DNA from: Massalongia carnosa
Taxonomy: Eukaryota
DNA length: 64,000 nt
Direction of reading: 5' to 3'
Assembly (NCBI GenBank): GCA_965645245.1
Contig: OZ287069.1
Location: forward strand, 1,550,001-1,614,000
Shown here: positions 12,301-26,054 of the stretch, in pieces
How the letters are laid out: every line of letters begins with the position of its first letter
Numbering within the stretch: the stretch's first letter is position 1
Position numbers and translations under genes: made by a program
Notes under the pieces: model-generated
What the model saw: only the letters and a program-made list of their open reading frames with translations
What the model was told of the DNA's origin: nothing
Database searches by the model: none

Positions 12301-13557
12301 GTTCAAAACATCTATCTTTGCATAAGTATCGGATGTTGTCTTTCTCTAGTTGAGGACTAACGGATATGACGAAGTCCAAATCGTACCCTTCCTTTACCAT
12401 TTAGCGCCGCGCGGGCATAGAACATACGATTTCTTACAAAAACGACTGCTGCGGAAGACTTGAGGGTCTCGCCTAGGCTTCCCTTTGCATATGGTAAGAC
12501 TTTAGAACTGACAGAAGTCTGGAGATCCAGGGTTTTGGGAGATTTAGGTAGGGTCGAAAGAGCTCGTAGCTCGGTCAGGGGCGTTCCTGAACCCTTTATT
12601 TAGAGTCTTTCGTCCAGCAAACCGTGCAAGAAAACTTACCGCAAAGCTGATAGAAATTATCTTTCCCACTCTTGATCCCCACAAATACGCCGCAGTTCAG
12701 TATCATATCCAACATGATTCGGTCGCCTTCCTTTCCCAATAGATTATATGCGTCCGCCCAGATTGCACTCTTCAATGTGCTTACATGGCTGTTAGGATAG
12801 TGCGAGACAACCCCAGGGATACTGGCCATGGCATCATGCTCTTCACTCATTTTCCCTGAAGCACGAGCCCGTTGATAGCCATGGCAAAGCAAATGCAGCG
12901 GTCTATAGATTTTATGATGGATCCGATGGAATAAGAGCCAAATAGCAAAATCAACAATCTATCATATATCAGCTGGAACCCGCAACGGTTTCAGACCCAG
13001 CACTAGGATTTTGCATGATTGCTTTAGCAAGGATATACAAAAGCATGCATACAGCGCTAAGAAGATGGATATGTAGGGGCTCGATTCGCAATGGGATTCT
13101 CTTGTCCTACCTCCACAATTGATGATGTCCCTTCTTCAAAGCTGCTCCTGGTAGTCAGATTGGCTTGCTGAGAAAATGACGCAAAGTCTCTCTGTCTCGT
13201 TTGGTCGAGAACGTGAGTTTGATGCTGTGGTATGCCAACCAAGGTCTTATCCAGCAGCGCCGCAAGGCATCCGTCATTGTCCGACCGGTTTGGCAAGTCA
13301 AGCTTTCTGGAATCTCCATTGATGCTCCGCTCATGATGACCCACTCCCGAAATCTTACGACGTCTTGACCTCGAGGAAGGGGGCAAGCTCGAGAGGAGGT
13401 AGCTCCGTAATGTCACCACTTGCGTATAGAATAGACATAGGGTCGGATGTTCCACCATCAGGGACTCCACCCTTTCTTCATCGACTGTCTTTAGCTTCTT
13501 CGGAGCACTCTCTTCACCACTCCTGGCGGGGCGCTTCCGCTTTCTGCTCTTCGCCAT
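9340..13557 (-). CDS. TERT: Telomerase reverse transcriptase, multi-exon and apparently intact
   Basis: TEN-like N-terminus, 'KYIFPRQFGLHNAF', T motif 'FHVTES...RLFFFRHDIW', and RT motifs 1/2 'IRLLPK..RPIMNL', A 'FVKVDVQSCFDTI', B' 'GIPQGSVLSSLLC', C 'LLRLIDDFLLIT', E 'FPYCG'. Introns (e.g. 13110-12959, 12639-12587, 12361-12312) join in frame to the stop at 9340. Confidence 0.97.
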
Positions 13558-13751
13558 TTGGCAACTCGCTCGTATGATCTTGTGTTCACTTTGGATATGT
13601 GGAATATATATGGAGGGCTAATCCCAAGAGTCCAGAAGAACTATTAAATCCATGAGTACATTGACATTTTAAAGGCCACACATGCATGTGTTTAGAGGTG
13701 TGCGGGCAATTCGTGACGATAAAAGTCAATGACGATAACGATGAGCATTAA

Positions 13752-13784
13752 ACGCGTTGTGTTGGATTAGAAAACGCGTTTTCT
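13752..13784. promoter_or_regulatory. Two MCB (ACGCGT) elements upstream of TERT
   Basis: ACGCGT at 13752-13757 and 13774-13779, about 200 bp upstream of the TERT ATG. The second lies in a perfect 16-bp palindrome AGAAAACGCGTTTTCT (13769-13784). Confidence 0.6.
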
Positions 13785-13883
13785 GATGCGAGATTCTTTG
13801 TAAGCGAACGTTAGGTACCTATGGCTTGCAGGCCAGAAAAGCAAGGGCTTGGAAGGATGAAGAAGAGGGATATGGTTACGAAG

Positions 13884-15212
13884 TACAGAGTACGTATTCT
13901 GTACAGATAACCTAGAACAGTGTGCTCTGTACTCCGTCCGTACCTGATTGTGAGCCAGTCAACCCAAACGTTATTTCCCTTTGTCAAATTGCTGTACCGT
14001 ATCATACCGTGTTGTATTTTACGCTGACATTGTTTAACGGTTTGTTTTGTCCCCTGTCCAAGTTTTGCGACAACAGCTCACCAATCCGGGCTCTGTTTGA
14101 TGAAATAAATCGGTTACTCTTCCTGCGGTACTCTTTACGGGCTGCTCAACGCTCCATCTCCGGCTTCAACGGCTGTTAACGTTAGATTGTTCAAACATAC
14201 GGAGAACTGACGGATACAGAGTACCTTCCTGCTGTCGTTTGTTTGCTTCAAAACAAGCCCCTACAATTCATCCTCTTCCACATCTTCCATTGTTGGAAGA
14301 AGAAAGGGCAAATACAGGGCGATGATCAACAGCGTGGTCACAAGTACTCCGTACCGAGTACAGTGTACATACATGATGGCACAAGCTCCCACTGCATCCA
14401 GATGGTTTCATCCTGCCCAGGAGAGCGCAAGGCATCGATCGCCAAGGCTCATGTGCACAGAGTAGGTGCTCTATAACTAGACTATCTAGAGTACTCCCTA
14501 CGCTGTGCTCTACGCTCTGTACGGTGTATTTTGTACCTATGGAACAAGCCATAACGTTACCTTACCGGTAACCAAACCTCCTAAGCCATACCTGTCGGCG
14601 ACATCTTGTCTTGTGAAATGACGGAGGGAACTGCCTAGCTGGACACCTCAACTGTTCTCTGTATGCTTCTCAATTCGTCTGACGCCTTACGTACAACTTT
14701 TATACAGTTTATCTGCAATTTACGGATGAATGTTGGTAACTCCGTATATGTCATCGAAGATTGAATAGTACTGTACACTGCCCACAACTTGCTAAGGGGT
14801 ATGAACTTTTGGGATGAAGAGGGAGATAGAGTTGTTAATGGAAACGTGCTCAACGAGATTTGTCATGAGTATTTAAATTAGACAGCAAGCATTTACCGTC
14901 GCAATTCTCTGTTGGTATCCTTAGGAACAAAGGAGAGGAAAGGTTCTTTTTAGAGATGGTTCGTACAGAGTACAGCGTACTCTGTATTACAACGAGAGTC
15001 CTCTTGTACTCTACTCTGGACAGCGAATAATGCAAGCTTTCGGTGTCGCCAGCAGGACCCTTGCTGCCTGTCCTGCGTACAGAGTATACGTTATGTACCT
15101 AAATACAGAGTAAGTATGTACAAAGTAGGTCAGACTCCGTACTCTGTACGAGTGCTGTACGTACAGAGTACAGACGTAGGTACAGAGTAGGTACTCTGTC
15201 TGGTACTCTGTA
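13884..15212. repeat. Dispersed cluster of TAC(A/G)GAGTA / TACTC(T/C)GTA motifs
   Basis: About 11 exact copies (13884, 14215, 14345, 14964, 14978, 15078, 15104, 15140, 15162, 15181, 15204) and a similar number of 1-mismatch copies, on both strands. Confidence 0.85.
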
Positions 15213-15961
15213 AAGGTTCTTTGACCTCTCACAATGCGGACGCCCAATGAATAAGGAATAATACCTACCTTCCTGAACCGAGAGCACAACGTCCAGATGC
15301 AGAATGAGTATCTGGTCTTAAGCTGAGCTGATTCAGAATTGAATTGGAAAAAAAGAAACGGATGAAATACGACCGGGATACTCTGTGCCCGAGTTGCTCT
15401 GCTCTGCTCCTTGTTTTGTGGTCTGGCAGAAAGAGCAAAAAGCGCGAAATTCAAAGGAAACGGTTGGTTGGCTGCAAATGATTCGCTACAACACACCCCT
15501 CACATTCGCCTCAACACATTACAAGCTAACCTACGCTGTACAGAGGACTGCGTCAGATATCTTGAGGGTAGCTTTTGGCACTTCCAACAACACACCTCAG
15601 CCAACTGCTCTCCTCAACACCACCCCCATTCGACCTGGAGACGCGAAACATCGCTCTACTGACTTGCTGTTGTCGCACAATTATACCCCCTCCCCCACCC
15701 ACCCCAAAATACCCATGCATCGCGGTTGCAAAATCTGGCGACTGTGCCTGCCGGCTATCCTCACCTAATCCTTTCACGCGACAAAGAGATACCCACGCTC
15801 CCACACCTGCAACGTCGCTGCTACCACCTCATCGCAGCCCTACAGACCAAGACGCCTCTCCTATCTTTCCCACACCACTAATCCGGTTGGACAAGATCTG
15901 CAAACTCATCGCCTAAATTCGTCTCCAATGCCAGCTTGATGCCCGATGTCCTTAACCCAAT

Positions 15962-18900
15962 ATGCCGACCCTCGACTCGGACCACAATCACTACACCTTA
16001 GGTCGTCACAGACAGAATTCGCAGTCATCCGAATATGCTCCTTCAACACAATTGATCGGTAATCACCCTAACCCGGCGCCAGCCTTGAGGGTAGACGACT
16101 CTCTACCTATACTCCCGGCCTACACATACAATAACCTCTCCCCCAAAAAACGGCCTGTGGCTGTGACCGCCGCGACTGAGTACGCTTCGAACGATCATGT
16201 GAATGGGTTCACCCGCGACATCCCTAGAGACGCTGACTCGCCCGATCCGCACGATTTCTATCGACGCTATCAGGATCCTTTTGGGGCTGATGGTCTTGGG
16301 CAGTCCGACATCTTTCTGACAAGAGAGGACAGCATGGTAACACCTCGATATCAACGACGATCAAGCCCGGTTTCGGCCAGAACAAATGGCTCTAAGCTGC
16401 CTCCGGTGTCATCGCGGGTTCACTCGACCCAAGTATTACAGAATCCCTCCAACTCATCTGGCGGCAACTCTCCCTTGGACAACGCAAAGTCGAACCCTGC
16501 GCTATTCGCAGCTGCAAGAAACCGCCAGACCTCGTTGAAGGACTTGGTGCATAGATTTAATCAGACCCCCGACGAGGTTCCTCCTTTACCGAGGAAGTCC
16601 ACCTCAAGGTCGGCATCAAATAACTCTAACCATCTCAGCCACATAAACTACGCCAAAGCACGTCCTTCATCGCAATCGAAGAACTTTGGACTTGGACCAG
16701 TAGCAAAAGGTGACTGGTCGGGCCAGAATTACAACGGGAAGGCCGCAAGATTACACCAACGGCGAGGCAGGAATAGCGAAGACGTGAACATTAGCCCTAC
16801 ATCGGGGAACAGCGCCATCAGTCCTCGCATGAATCGGTCTGACGCAAATTCCTATGCTTCGCAGTCATTGACGGACCTGCATCCGGACGATGATCGTTTG
16901 AATCGGAAACCGCTCTTTGGGGAAGTCTCGGCATCTAGTGTTGATCGAGGTGACCTAGGTTATGGAATACCGGGGCCTCGACGGCGGCGAGGCTCGGAGG
17001 GAAGCATGCACAGCCCGAATCCTATGTTCTCCAATGAACGTAATACGCGAAGGGTCTCCCCGTCATCGCCCTCGGCGTGGTATCTCGGCGTGACGCCAAC
17101 ATTAGACGAGATTAAGACGGAGAAGACGCTCCCACTTCTTCCACCATCGATGCATCGGCGAACTAGGAGTGACTTTACTGGAGCACCTCTGGGGCCGCCC
17201 TCGCCTACTAAGTTAACGATACCTCCCTCTACCATCGTCCAACCTCTCCCTCTGCCGTTATCCCCCACATCAACACGAACATATAAGCGCGACTCACAAT
17301 CGCGTATACCGGTCAGTTCGCGGCGCCTCAGTCTCAATTCCGACTCGGGTAATTCGTCACCTTCTACGAGAAACAACTCTGCGCTGGGTCGAAATCCGGG
17401 GTATAGCATACCAAGCAAGAAGGGTCCAACCGCTATACCAAAGCCTGCGCAGAAGACTCGAAGTCCAGTTACTACCTCGAAGCCGCATTCATCTCGCAAC
17501 TCCCCCAGGCGTGGGGATTTCAATCCAGGACAGCATCCAGCGACAAGCCCTCGTTTGGCAGCGTATATTTCAGCTCCGCTGCCGAAGAAATCCCCTCCCT
17601 TACGAAGCTCAAGACCCCGGTTGCCCGTTTCCAGCGCATCCACCTCCGCCTCCAGAGCGCGAGCCGTCGAGCGACTTTCCACACGCGAGTGCACAAGTCC
17701 TAAGGCAGGACGAGATCACCGTTCCAAACGGCCACCGGAGCTGGGCGGTGTGGATTTTGCCGCGAGGCGCCAGAAAATCCAGCAGGCTTTTACTAAAACG
17801 GTGGAAGAGAACGAAAGACAAGAAGTCGAGGCCGAGAAGCGACGGACGTCTATCGCTCAAGCGAATCACCCGGCACCACAGGAAGGCCTGGTGGAGGGCG
17901 AGATTTCCGACATTCAACGACACCAAGATGGGCACGATATGGAAATCTCGTTACATGAAAATTACAGCGAGATCGAAGAGGAATTGTTTCAGACCCCCGC
18001 AGAGGAACCGTCAAAGTCGGAGCGGGAATTGACAATAAACACAGGACATCTGGCGGAAAGGTCGGTTCTGGACCTGAGGCAGGAGGATTCCCCCACGCTA
18101 GGGGATTTCAGTAGATTTTCGAGTTTGAATCAAGTTGATGACGGAGTTGTTACTCCGCCCTCTGATGCAGAGCCTTTGTCCGCTCTAACAGCTGGTACCT
18201 CTGACTCTGGGCATACTTTTTTCGACAACGAACCTCAGGAAGAGCCGCCCAGTGGTCCCCAAGAACATCGCTCCCTTTTAAATCAAGTGAGGAGTATAAG
18301 AGGCACGAGCCCAGCAAGTCCGACAAGCGTCCGACGGCCAATAGCTGTAGAAGACTCTGCTTCCGAAAAAGATGATCAGGAGTCGATCCAAATTATGCTT
18401 GGAGATACCCCTGTCATCTCAAAGGCTCCCTTTGTTGAATCGGCGGAGGATAGATCTCAAGAGTTGATCTTGAATGAAGAACGCGGTACCCGATGGAGCA
18501 CGAGCTCCTGGGCGTCTTCTGTTCGTTCGAAGGATGGGAAGTCTTCTGACCATGAAAGAGATGGACCAATGGAGAGAATTGACGAAAACACGCCATCAAA
18601 ACCAGGAAACTCTACTCACTTGTCTGTGTCTACAGCAACAACCAATCAAACCCCACAACCCTGGTCCCCCGCTACATTTTCATCACCTCGGACGGAGAGA
18701 ACTACAATGGACAGCGATGCTTATAGTACGATTAACCGGGTTCTCGACCACTATCATGATCCTAGCCTCGTTAGTCCAGAGCTGATGAACGATTTTCAGC
18801 AGCACATACTCACCCAATCCCCCGATCTCGCTCGACAAGGAGGATGGGACCCAAAGAAGGTGACGCAGCTATACCTGCAAGAACTGGCTCGAGGTAGGTA

Positions 18901-21900
18901 CGCACATGCAAATGCTATGCCTAATCATTTAAGAGCCCAAATCCGAAAGCCGGCCGTATCAGATGCGTCGAATCTTGCACCCAACCAAACAATGGGCTAT
19001 GGAAGTCGTGAAGATACAACTGGGTCATTTGAACAAGCGGTCCCTGAAATGGAGGGGCTTCAAGAGGGGGGGGTTTTGGCGTCCTTGACAAGCCTTGGAG
19101 TGGACGACATCGACTATAAACCTCATAGAGCTAGTCTGAATGCACCCGCTGACTGGGATATGTCTCCTTCGATAAACGATTGGATACATTTGCAAGCAGT
19201 TGATAGCCCTTTGGAGGAAAAACCCATGATTCCACCAAAGGATTGGATTAATTCCGGCAAGGTAGAGCTCGATGGGAAGATGCTTGATGGACCCCAGAAA
19301 AGCTCCTCCCGCGAATTCCGCCCCCAGCTTCCAGAGATACGGAGTGCCGGCGAAGGACTTGGAATCAAGGAGGCAATCAACGTGGCAATCAACGTAACAT
19401 CCCCTCAAGACGATGATCCACCGACGATCCCCCCACCACCCTTACCAAACCACTTACCACCCCCGCCTCCTGTTGAGTATTCAGATCACAATGTAACACC
19501 TCCAACACAAGCACGTCCGCCATCATCCAATAGCATGTACAGCAAGCACATCGCCTCGGGCAGTTATTCCAGGGACACAGGCACTTCCGTTCAAATCAGC
19601 AGTGAGCCTCCTGGTCGGTCATCAATCTCAGCTCCGTCAACCCAGGCGCCTGTCTCTTTCGCAAAGTCTCAAGTTAGACAAAGTACTGGAGCTTACTCGG
19701 TGCTTTCGGAACCCGCTATCCAAGCTTCTTCGCCCTCAGCTGATCAAAAACGGTTGACCAGACGTAGACATATCATCAAAGAACTTGTAGATACCGAGCA
19801 TTCATTTGGGCAGGATATGAGGGTGGTGGATGACATATACAAAGGGACGTCCAACGTTATCATCATATCGGCCGAGGACGTCAAGACCCTATTTGGTAAC
19901 TCAGAACAAATTGTGGCCTTCTCGACCGATTTTCTCGACGCTTTGAAGCAAGCGGCAAAGAGTGTCTATCTCCTACCGAAATCCAAGCGCTGGAAGAGTA
20001 ACCGCGTCAGTAACGCAACCTCTTACAGCGGCAACACCGACGATCAGTCGTCGATCAGTGGAACAGAACTCAATGATGAAGAGAAAGATCGCTCAACCTT
20101 TATCGGCGAAGCCTTCGGCTCTCATATGGCAAATATGGAGAAAGTCTATTCGGACTATTTGAAGAACCATGATGCTGCTAATCACAAGCTTCAAGCGCTG
20201 CAGAAGAACGAAAAGGTGCAGATCTGGCTTAAAGAATGCCGAGCTTATGCCCATGATCTGACTTCTGCCTGGGATCTTGATTCGCTGTTGGTTAAGCCTG
20301 TCCAACGCATTCTCAAATACCCACTCCTGTTGGATCAACTTCTAGAAGCCACCCCCGAGAATCACCCTGATTTCTGCCATTTGGATGTTGCGGCTCGTGA
20401 AATGAAAGGCATCTCCATGAGAATTAACGAGATGAAAAAACGAGCGGATCTTATGGAACAGGTGTCAAACAATCGTAAACGGAAGGAATCAGATGTTCGT
20501 ACAGGGCTTTCCAAGGCATTCGGACGTCGAACCGAAAAGCTAAGGCAACAAGTCGGCCTATCCGATATTGTACCTGAGGACAAGGCTTATGCCACGGTGT
20601 CGGAGAAGTTTGGAACACACTTCTTCCAGTTACAGGTCGTTATGAGGGATGTGGAAAATTACACTCTGGAGGTTCAGAAGTTTATGAATCGATTCAATGA
20701 TTTTGTTTTGGCCATTGAAGCATACCTAGACGTGGGCCAAACCAGTTATCCTGAGGTGGAGAGCAAGTGGCGTAAGTTCAGACTGTCTACAAGAGAAATG
20801 TCAATGACAGCTTTGACGGACCACGTGAGTTGCAGTCTTCCGGGGAACTAAGAGCGATACACTAATCCAAAGACAGATCAATGCAGTTCGTAAAAATGTC
20901 ATTGAACCTATGACTACTCTACTTAAACTCCATGATGGACCTCGAAAGCTGATGGAGAAGCGGGAGAAGCGAATCCTGGACTATGCTCGATTTAAGGCAC
21001 TAAAAGACCGGGGGGACAAACCAGATAAGAAAACCGTTGAACAGGGCGAGCAATTTATGGCAATCAACGAAACGCTAAAGGAGGAATTACCTAAGCTGTT
21101 CTCCTTGACTGCAAAATTGGTCGAAGCGTGTCTCAATAGCTTCGTCCAGCTCCAGCTGCAGTGGAACATTGTCTGGCGTAGGAAACTCAGCCAAGCAATC
21201 GATGGCAATCTACCGAACCAGCTTTCTCAGATTGTTGAGTCCTTCAGTGGGGACTTTGCGTTTTCCGAGGCGCCGATTCTCGCCTTGGGTATATGCAACG
21301 GGTCAATGCTTGCGGATGCTGTCAACCTAGTCAATTTCCTCTCGCCTACCACAACCCTTAACGGCGATGGGACCTCTTCACCGCGGCAAGCTTCGTCATT
21401 GGACTTGACGAAGCGTCGTACTCTCTCCATTAGTAGCGATGCATCCCCTATGCTGCCACAGCCGGATTTTGGCGCTCGAGGCGCCGCTTTCTTTGGTGTC
21501 GATAACGGGTTACAGCTATCTTCTGGGAACTTTTCAACATCAAATACGATCGAAGTAAGCCGACGTGTACGTGCCAGTTCTGCTGTTTCCAGTCAAGGTC
21601 CTAAGACCCCGGAAATGCCGGGCACGTACCGTTCCTACTCAAACAGTAACACTCCCAGCTCAAACACAGTCCGCCCAACCACGGCCATTGCACGCACCAC
21701 CACAGAGCCCGTGCCATCTATTTCGCGCCAAAGCCACGAAACGGCGAGTTCGATTCGGCTGGGTGACGACTCAACACTTGTTGGCCGGCCGTCCTCAGGT
21801 TCCACGTATCCGCCAATTTCTCAGTCAGGTGCCGCTTCTCCATCAGGTCGATATTCTGGTTTCTTCTCTTCAGCAATGCCAATGTCGGATTCACCCCTTA

Positions 21901-22218
21901 CGGAGTTTCCAACAGAGGCTCCTGTCCGTCCGCAAGAGTATAAAATCATTTTTCTTGCTGCGAGCGTATACGAATTTAATATAGATCGAGCTCGAAGGGA
22001 GGCAGGTTATCCATATTTGACTTACATTCCTGGAGAGGTAGGTTCATCATGACAGTCTATATCCTGGAAGAAGGAAGAATACTTATTCTAACACGAAAAT
22101 TTAGATATTTGATATCGTGGGAGAGAAAGGCGAACTCTGGCTCGCGAAGAACCAGGATGACCCTACCCATCAAGTTGGCTGGATCTGGAACAAACACTTT
22201 ATCAAACTAGGATCCTAG
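15962..22218 (+). CDS. Rho guanine nucleotide exchange factor with DH, BAR and C-terminal SH3-like domains (Tuba/DNMBP-like)
   Basis: DH motifs 'RRRHIIKELVDTEHSF' and 'LLVKPVQRILKYPLLL', BAR 'KREKRILDY...NETLKEELPKL', SH3-like 'ASVYEF...GYPYLTYIPGE|IFDIVGEKGELWLA...GWIW'. Exons 15962-20824, 20877-22037, 22105-22218. Start codon uncertain. Confidence 0.88.
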
Positions 22219-23100
22219 ACAGCAAGGATGCACAAAGCACATGCTGGATCTTGCTTCGCTCACGAAAATTTCGCACTTCTATGTCTTCATCCTTGCCCCC
22301 ATGGACGAAGTTACGTCTCCAATACTTCAGAATACCAACCACATACATCGGCGTTTACAGGGGCAAGCCGGTTTTTTAGCGTTGGGAAAAGTAACCTCAT
22401 GACGTTTCACCTTCTCGGTCTCGAGCATATCGGCACCAAGTGAGAAACGAGGGAAATCCTCTTCCATCACTCTAATTCACCATTTACCTGCCACGGCACC
22501 TTTTTTCCTTTATCTTCTAGAATTATTCCCGACTGTTTCAGATCATGAATTTCTAGCGACGGCTGGGGTTGACGGCATGGAGGGGGCGTCTTGTAGAAAA
22601 TCTTATACGCGAACCACGAGGCGACAGGTTGGCGCTGCATTTTAGCCGTTCGGCTTTGTACTTTTCATTTTGCTCTCACCTTGCAAGGTCTCTTACCTTG
22701 CAGTGAGAAGATGAGGGACGGACGATGTTACCAGTCTGTGTAGATACCCCTGCGAAGGATATGTTGTGGAGGGTTCGTTGATCAGGGAGAGGACTATGCA
22801 AGTTGAGGATACATTAGGAAGGGGGGAGGAAGATCCTGTATCTATCATGAACACAGCAAAATCGAACAGGAGGGTGGATAAAACAAATAATCTAGTAAAT
22901 CTCGGATGTTTCTACTTGTCCAGCTTGTGACTATAACAGCTAAAGTTAGCATATTTACACTAATCATGATATTGTTAAATGGTTAGTTACCTAATGTAGT
23001 GAGCCACTGAATTTCCGTCCACTGAAGGTTACCTCCCTGATCATTAATCCATCCTTGGAATTTCACGATATGTCATCAACTATTTTAAGACAGCGCAAAA

Positions 23101-26054
23101 ATGTCCGCATTCAAGAGAGCACCCGCTGCTGGCGGTGCACGACGGCTAGATGTTATAGCACCTCTCAAAGCCGTTCAGATTGTGGGTTCGAATCCAGTAT
23201 TGCCGGCAGGTAAGGGTTGCTGGAGCGAGATCTATTATTCTCCTTCTGACCAATGCTAGAGATCATGTCAGCCATACTCGACTACCTTCCGGTGCCAGAA
23301 TTACTCCGCTTTGCCCGTGTATCCAAACGGATGCAAGAAATGGTCTACGATGATACACGATGGGTACAACGGCTTCAGATGATTGGGTGCTGGAACGAAC
23401 GAGAGGCAAGAAAGAAGACAGATGCTCTCAAAACGCAGGCATTGGAGGCCCAACGACTTTTGCAGGAAAATAATAATGAGACAGGTGGAAACGCCCCGAA
23501 TAGAGTATCGGATACAAGAAATGATGCTGGGAAGCTCAGTGGATCAAGCACAACCATTTTTGATGCTACGAAGGAGAAAGATGGACTTTCAGGCTCTCAA
23601 CGAGTGAGCTCGAGACCTCACAAAGTTGGCCTTGATGACGGATTTGATTCTGTTCCGTTGACTCCTAACCCCCAAACGGCTACCCGTTCATCTCCTACTT
23701 CGGTCGATGGCTTGACCGTGTTTCTGCAGGTTCACTCCGAACGTGGCTATGCAAGACAAGAATATGCCAGAATTTACAGAGTCCTCGCACCTTTATATAT
23801 AGACGCAGCTAGATGCCAAACTCACACGGACGCCACTATATTTCGCACGTATCGAGACCCAAATCAGCAGGCGCAAATACTTGCAAATCTCAAAAGGTTC
23901 TCCAATAACGATACATCCCAGGGCTGGCATCTTCGGGTGGAGAGGTTCACATCTTTGATGACTACATTTGAACATGCAGTCTTCCAGGAATTTGAGCATG
24001 GCCTAGATACAGGTGATTTCCAGGGCAAGCTGCATAAATACGCTCAAGTGCTCGTAAGCCTGAACGGGGGCAAGAATGGCGTTGAAGCGTTCATTTCCCG
24101 GAACCCAATCCTAAGGGAAAAGAAGAAAATTGGTGATCCAATGGCTTGCTTCGAGCAATCCGCTGATAAAAGCAACCATGTTGACCAGTCTTTCAAGTTT
24201 TTCAACACCCTTTCCTCTGCATTCAATGAGCAGGTCTCCATCATCGACCAAGTGTTTCCGCCCTCCATCAATGCCATTGTTCCTCTGCTACGGAGGGTTA
24301 GCGGAGAAGTCCTTTCCGAATACCTCACTATCTTGTTTGATGAAGCTCATCGAAGAAATGTAGAAACATATCTAAGAGTATTTTCTACGACCTACGCGCA
24401 AAGTCTCAACTTCGCTACCTCGCTCCAACCTAGCCGTGAGTCTGGGGATGGATTTTACGAGGCAGTGGATGAGGCCATATCTAATGCCTTTGAGCCTCAT
24501 ATCGATCTTTACCTGAACGAAGAAGTGGAGTTTTTCAAGCGTAAATCCGATACCGAGGTCGGCGATTGGAGAAGACAGCTATCAGACCAAGACGCCTCGA
24601 TGCAATCAATGTACATGTCAAATGTAAATCGCCAGGCAGATAAGCGGGATTTTCTTGCTTCGTTTAAGAAAGTGGTCATGATGCCTGTAAACGTTCTACC
24701 GACCTTTCCCATGTCGTCTCCTTTCGGCGGTAAACCTGCTACGGCAAAAGCTCTGGCCAACGGAGAAGGGTTGGAGACATTACAAACAGCCACCTCTCGG
24801 CCATCCACTCGATCCTCCACCCCAGGCATCACAAATGGTACGACCTTGAGTAACAATAGATCCTCAACTCCTGTTCCAGAGCAACCAACAACGGAGCTGG
24901 CTGCTAAAACAGCTATTATGAACTCGAGATTGGAGGGCATTCGGTCTTTGTTTAGCATCGAAGTAGCACTGAATCTAGTGCATGCGGCCAAATCCAGTAT
25001 TGAGCGGACAGCAGTACTTGTCAAAGCGGGAGGGCATTTTGGCAGAGATGCGCGTGATCAGTGTAAACTTGTTTTTGTTTTATTACTCCAAACCTTAGGC
25101 ACTCGGCACATTAAGTCCGGGTTCGACCAGGCGGTGGATCATCTATCAAAATATAATCCTCAAGAAGCCAGCGGGCACGGTGCATCGGGCGTCACGCCCC
25201 TCGTCATATTCCTAGAGCTTGTCAACGTAGGCGACCTTATCCAACAGATGCTGGACGTCTTTTACGAGCAAGAACTCATCGCAACCAGGCTGACGGACCG
25301 TAACGACTTCCTTGACCCGGCCGTTAAGGAGAAGAAACGCTTCGAGCAGATGTTGGACGAGCGAGTTGCCGCCGGATTGAACAAGGGCATCGATGTCCTG
25401 ATGGCCGAGGTGGAATACATGTGCGCCACGACGCAGAAGTCCGAGGATTTCGATCCGCCCGCATTCTCCGAGGTGGCGATGGATCTAGGGCCCAGCCGCA
25501 CGGCCAAGCAGGTGGTAGAACTCGTTTCGTCTCATACAAAGCTGCTAGTTGGTAGTACGGAGAAAAACATGCTCGATGTTTTCAACCAAGAGGTCGGGCT
25601 GCGCCTCTTTACAACGCTGTGTAAGCATCTCAAGCGCCAGCGCATCAGTGTAGCGGGCGCTTTGGTTTTAATCAGGTGAGTCTCGTTTCATTCCGTTGCG
25701 TTCTCCCCTTCACTGCCTTCCTTAACAACCACCACCCCAAAAAATATTCGCTAAACCACACCCTCCCCCTGCCCATCTTTCAGCGACATGAACCACTATG
25801 GCCTCTACATCTCCACCCTCCGCAACGCAGACCTGACCCACTACTTCGGCGCCCTGCGCGCCCTCGCCCAGATCTATCTCGTCGGCCCCGCCCACGCCCA
25901 GGAGTTAGCCGCCATCATCGCGGATGGGGAGCGCTTCGGCGGCATCTTTCGCGCGGAGGAGGTGTATGAATTTGCGGAACGGCGCGCTGATTGGACCGTG
26001 GTGAAGAGGGGGGTGGAAAAAGGCTTGTATGGAAGGGGATGCGTGATTATGTGA
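23101..26054 (+). CDS. RCY1: F-box protein Rcy1/Pof6 (recyclin; F-box plus Sec10-like domain)
   Basis: F-box 'LPAE|IMSAILDYLPVPELLRFARVSKRM', Sec10-like C-terminus 'FEQMLDERVAAGLNKGIDVLM' and 'EEVYEFAERRADW', CaaX end 'CVIM'. Exons 23101-23209, 23260-25675, 25784-26054. Confidence 0.9.

Noticed and set aside
13884..15212. CRISPR-like array interpretation of the TACRGAGTA cluster
   Set aside because: Repeats are only 9 nt, in mixed orientation and irregularly spaced, in a eukaryotic genome with no cas genes.
13558..15961. Telomerase RNA gene adjacent to TERT
   Set aside because: No TAACCCTAA-type template on either strand in this interval.
16960..17694. 244-aa antisense ORF and the many other shadow ORFs inside long genes
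   Set aside because: Antisense or alternate frames of real CDSs with no recognisable motifs.
23184..23195. GGTTCGAATCC, a tRNA B-box/T-loop match
   Set aside because: It lies in RCY1 coding exon 1 (VGSNP), with no cloverleaf or A-box.
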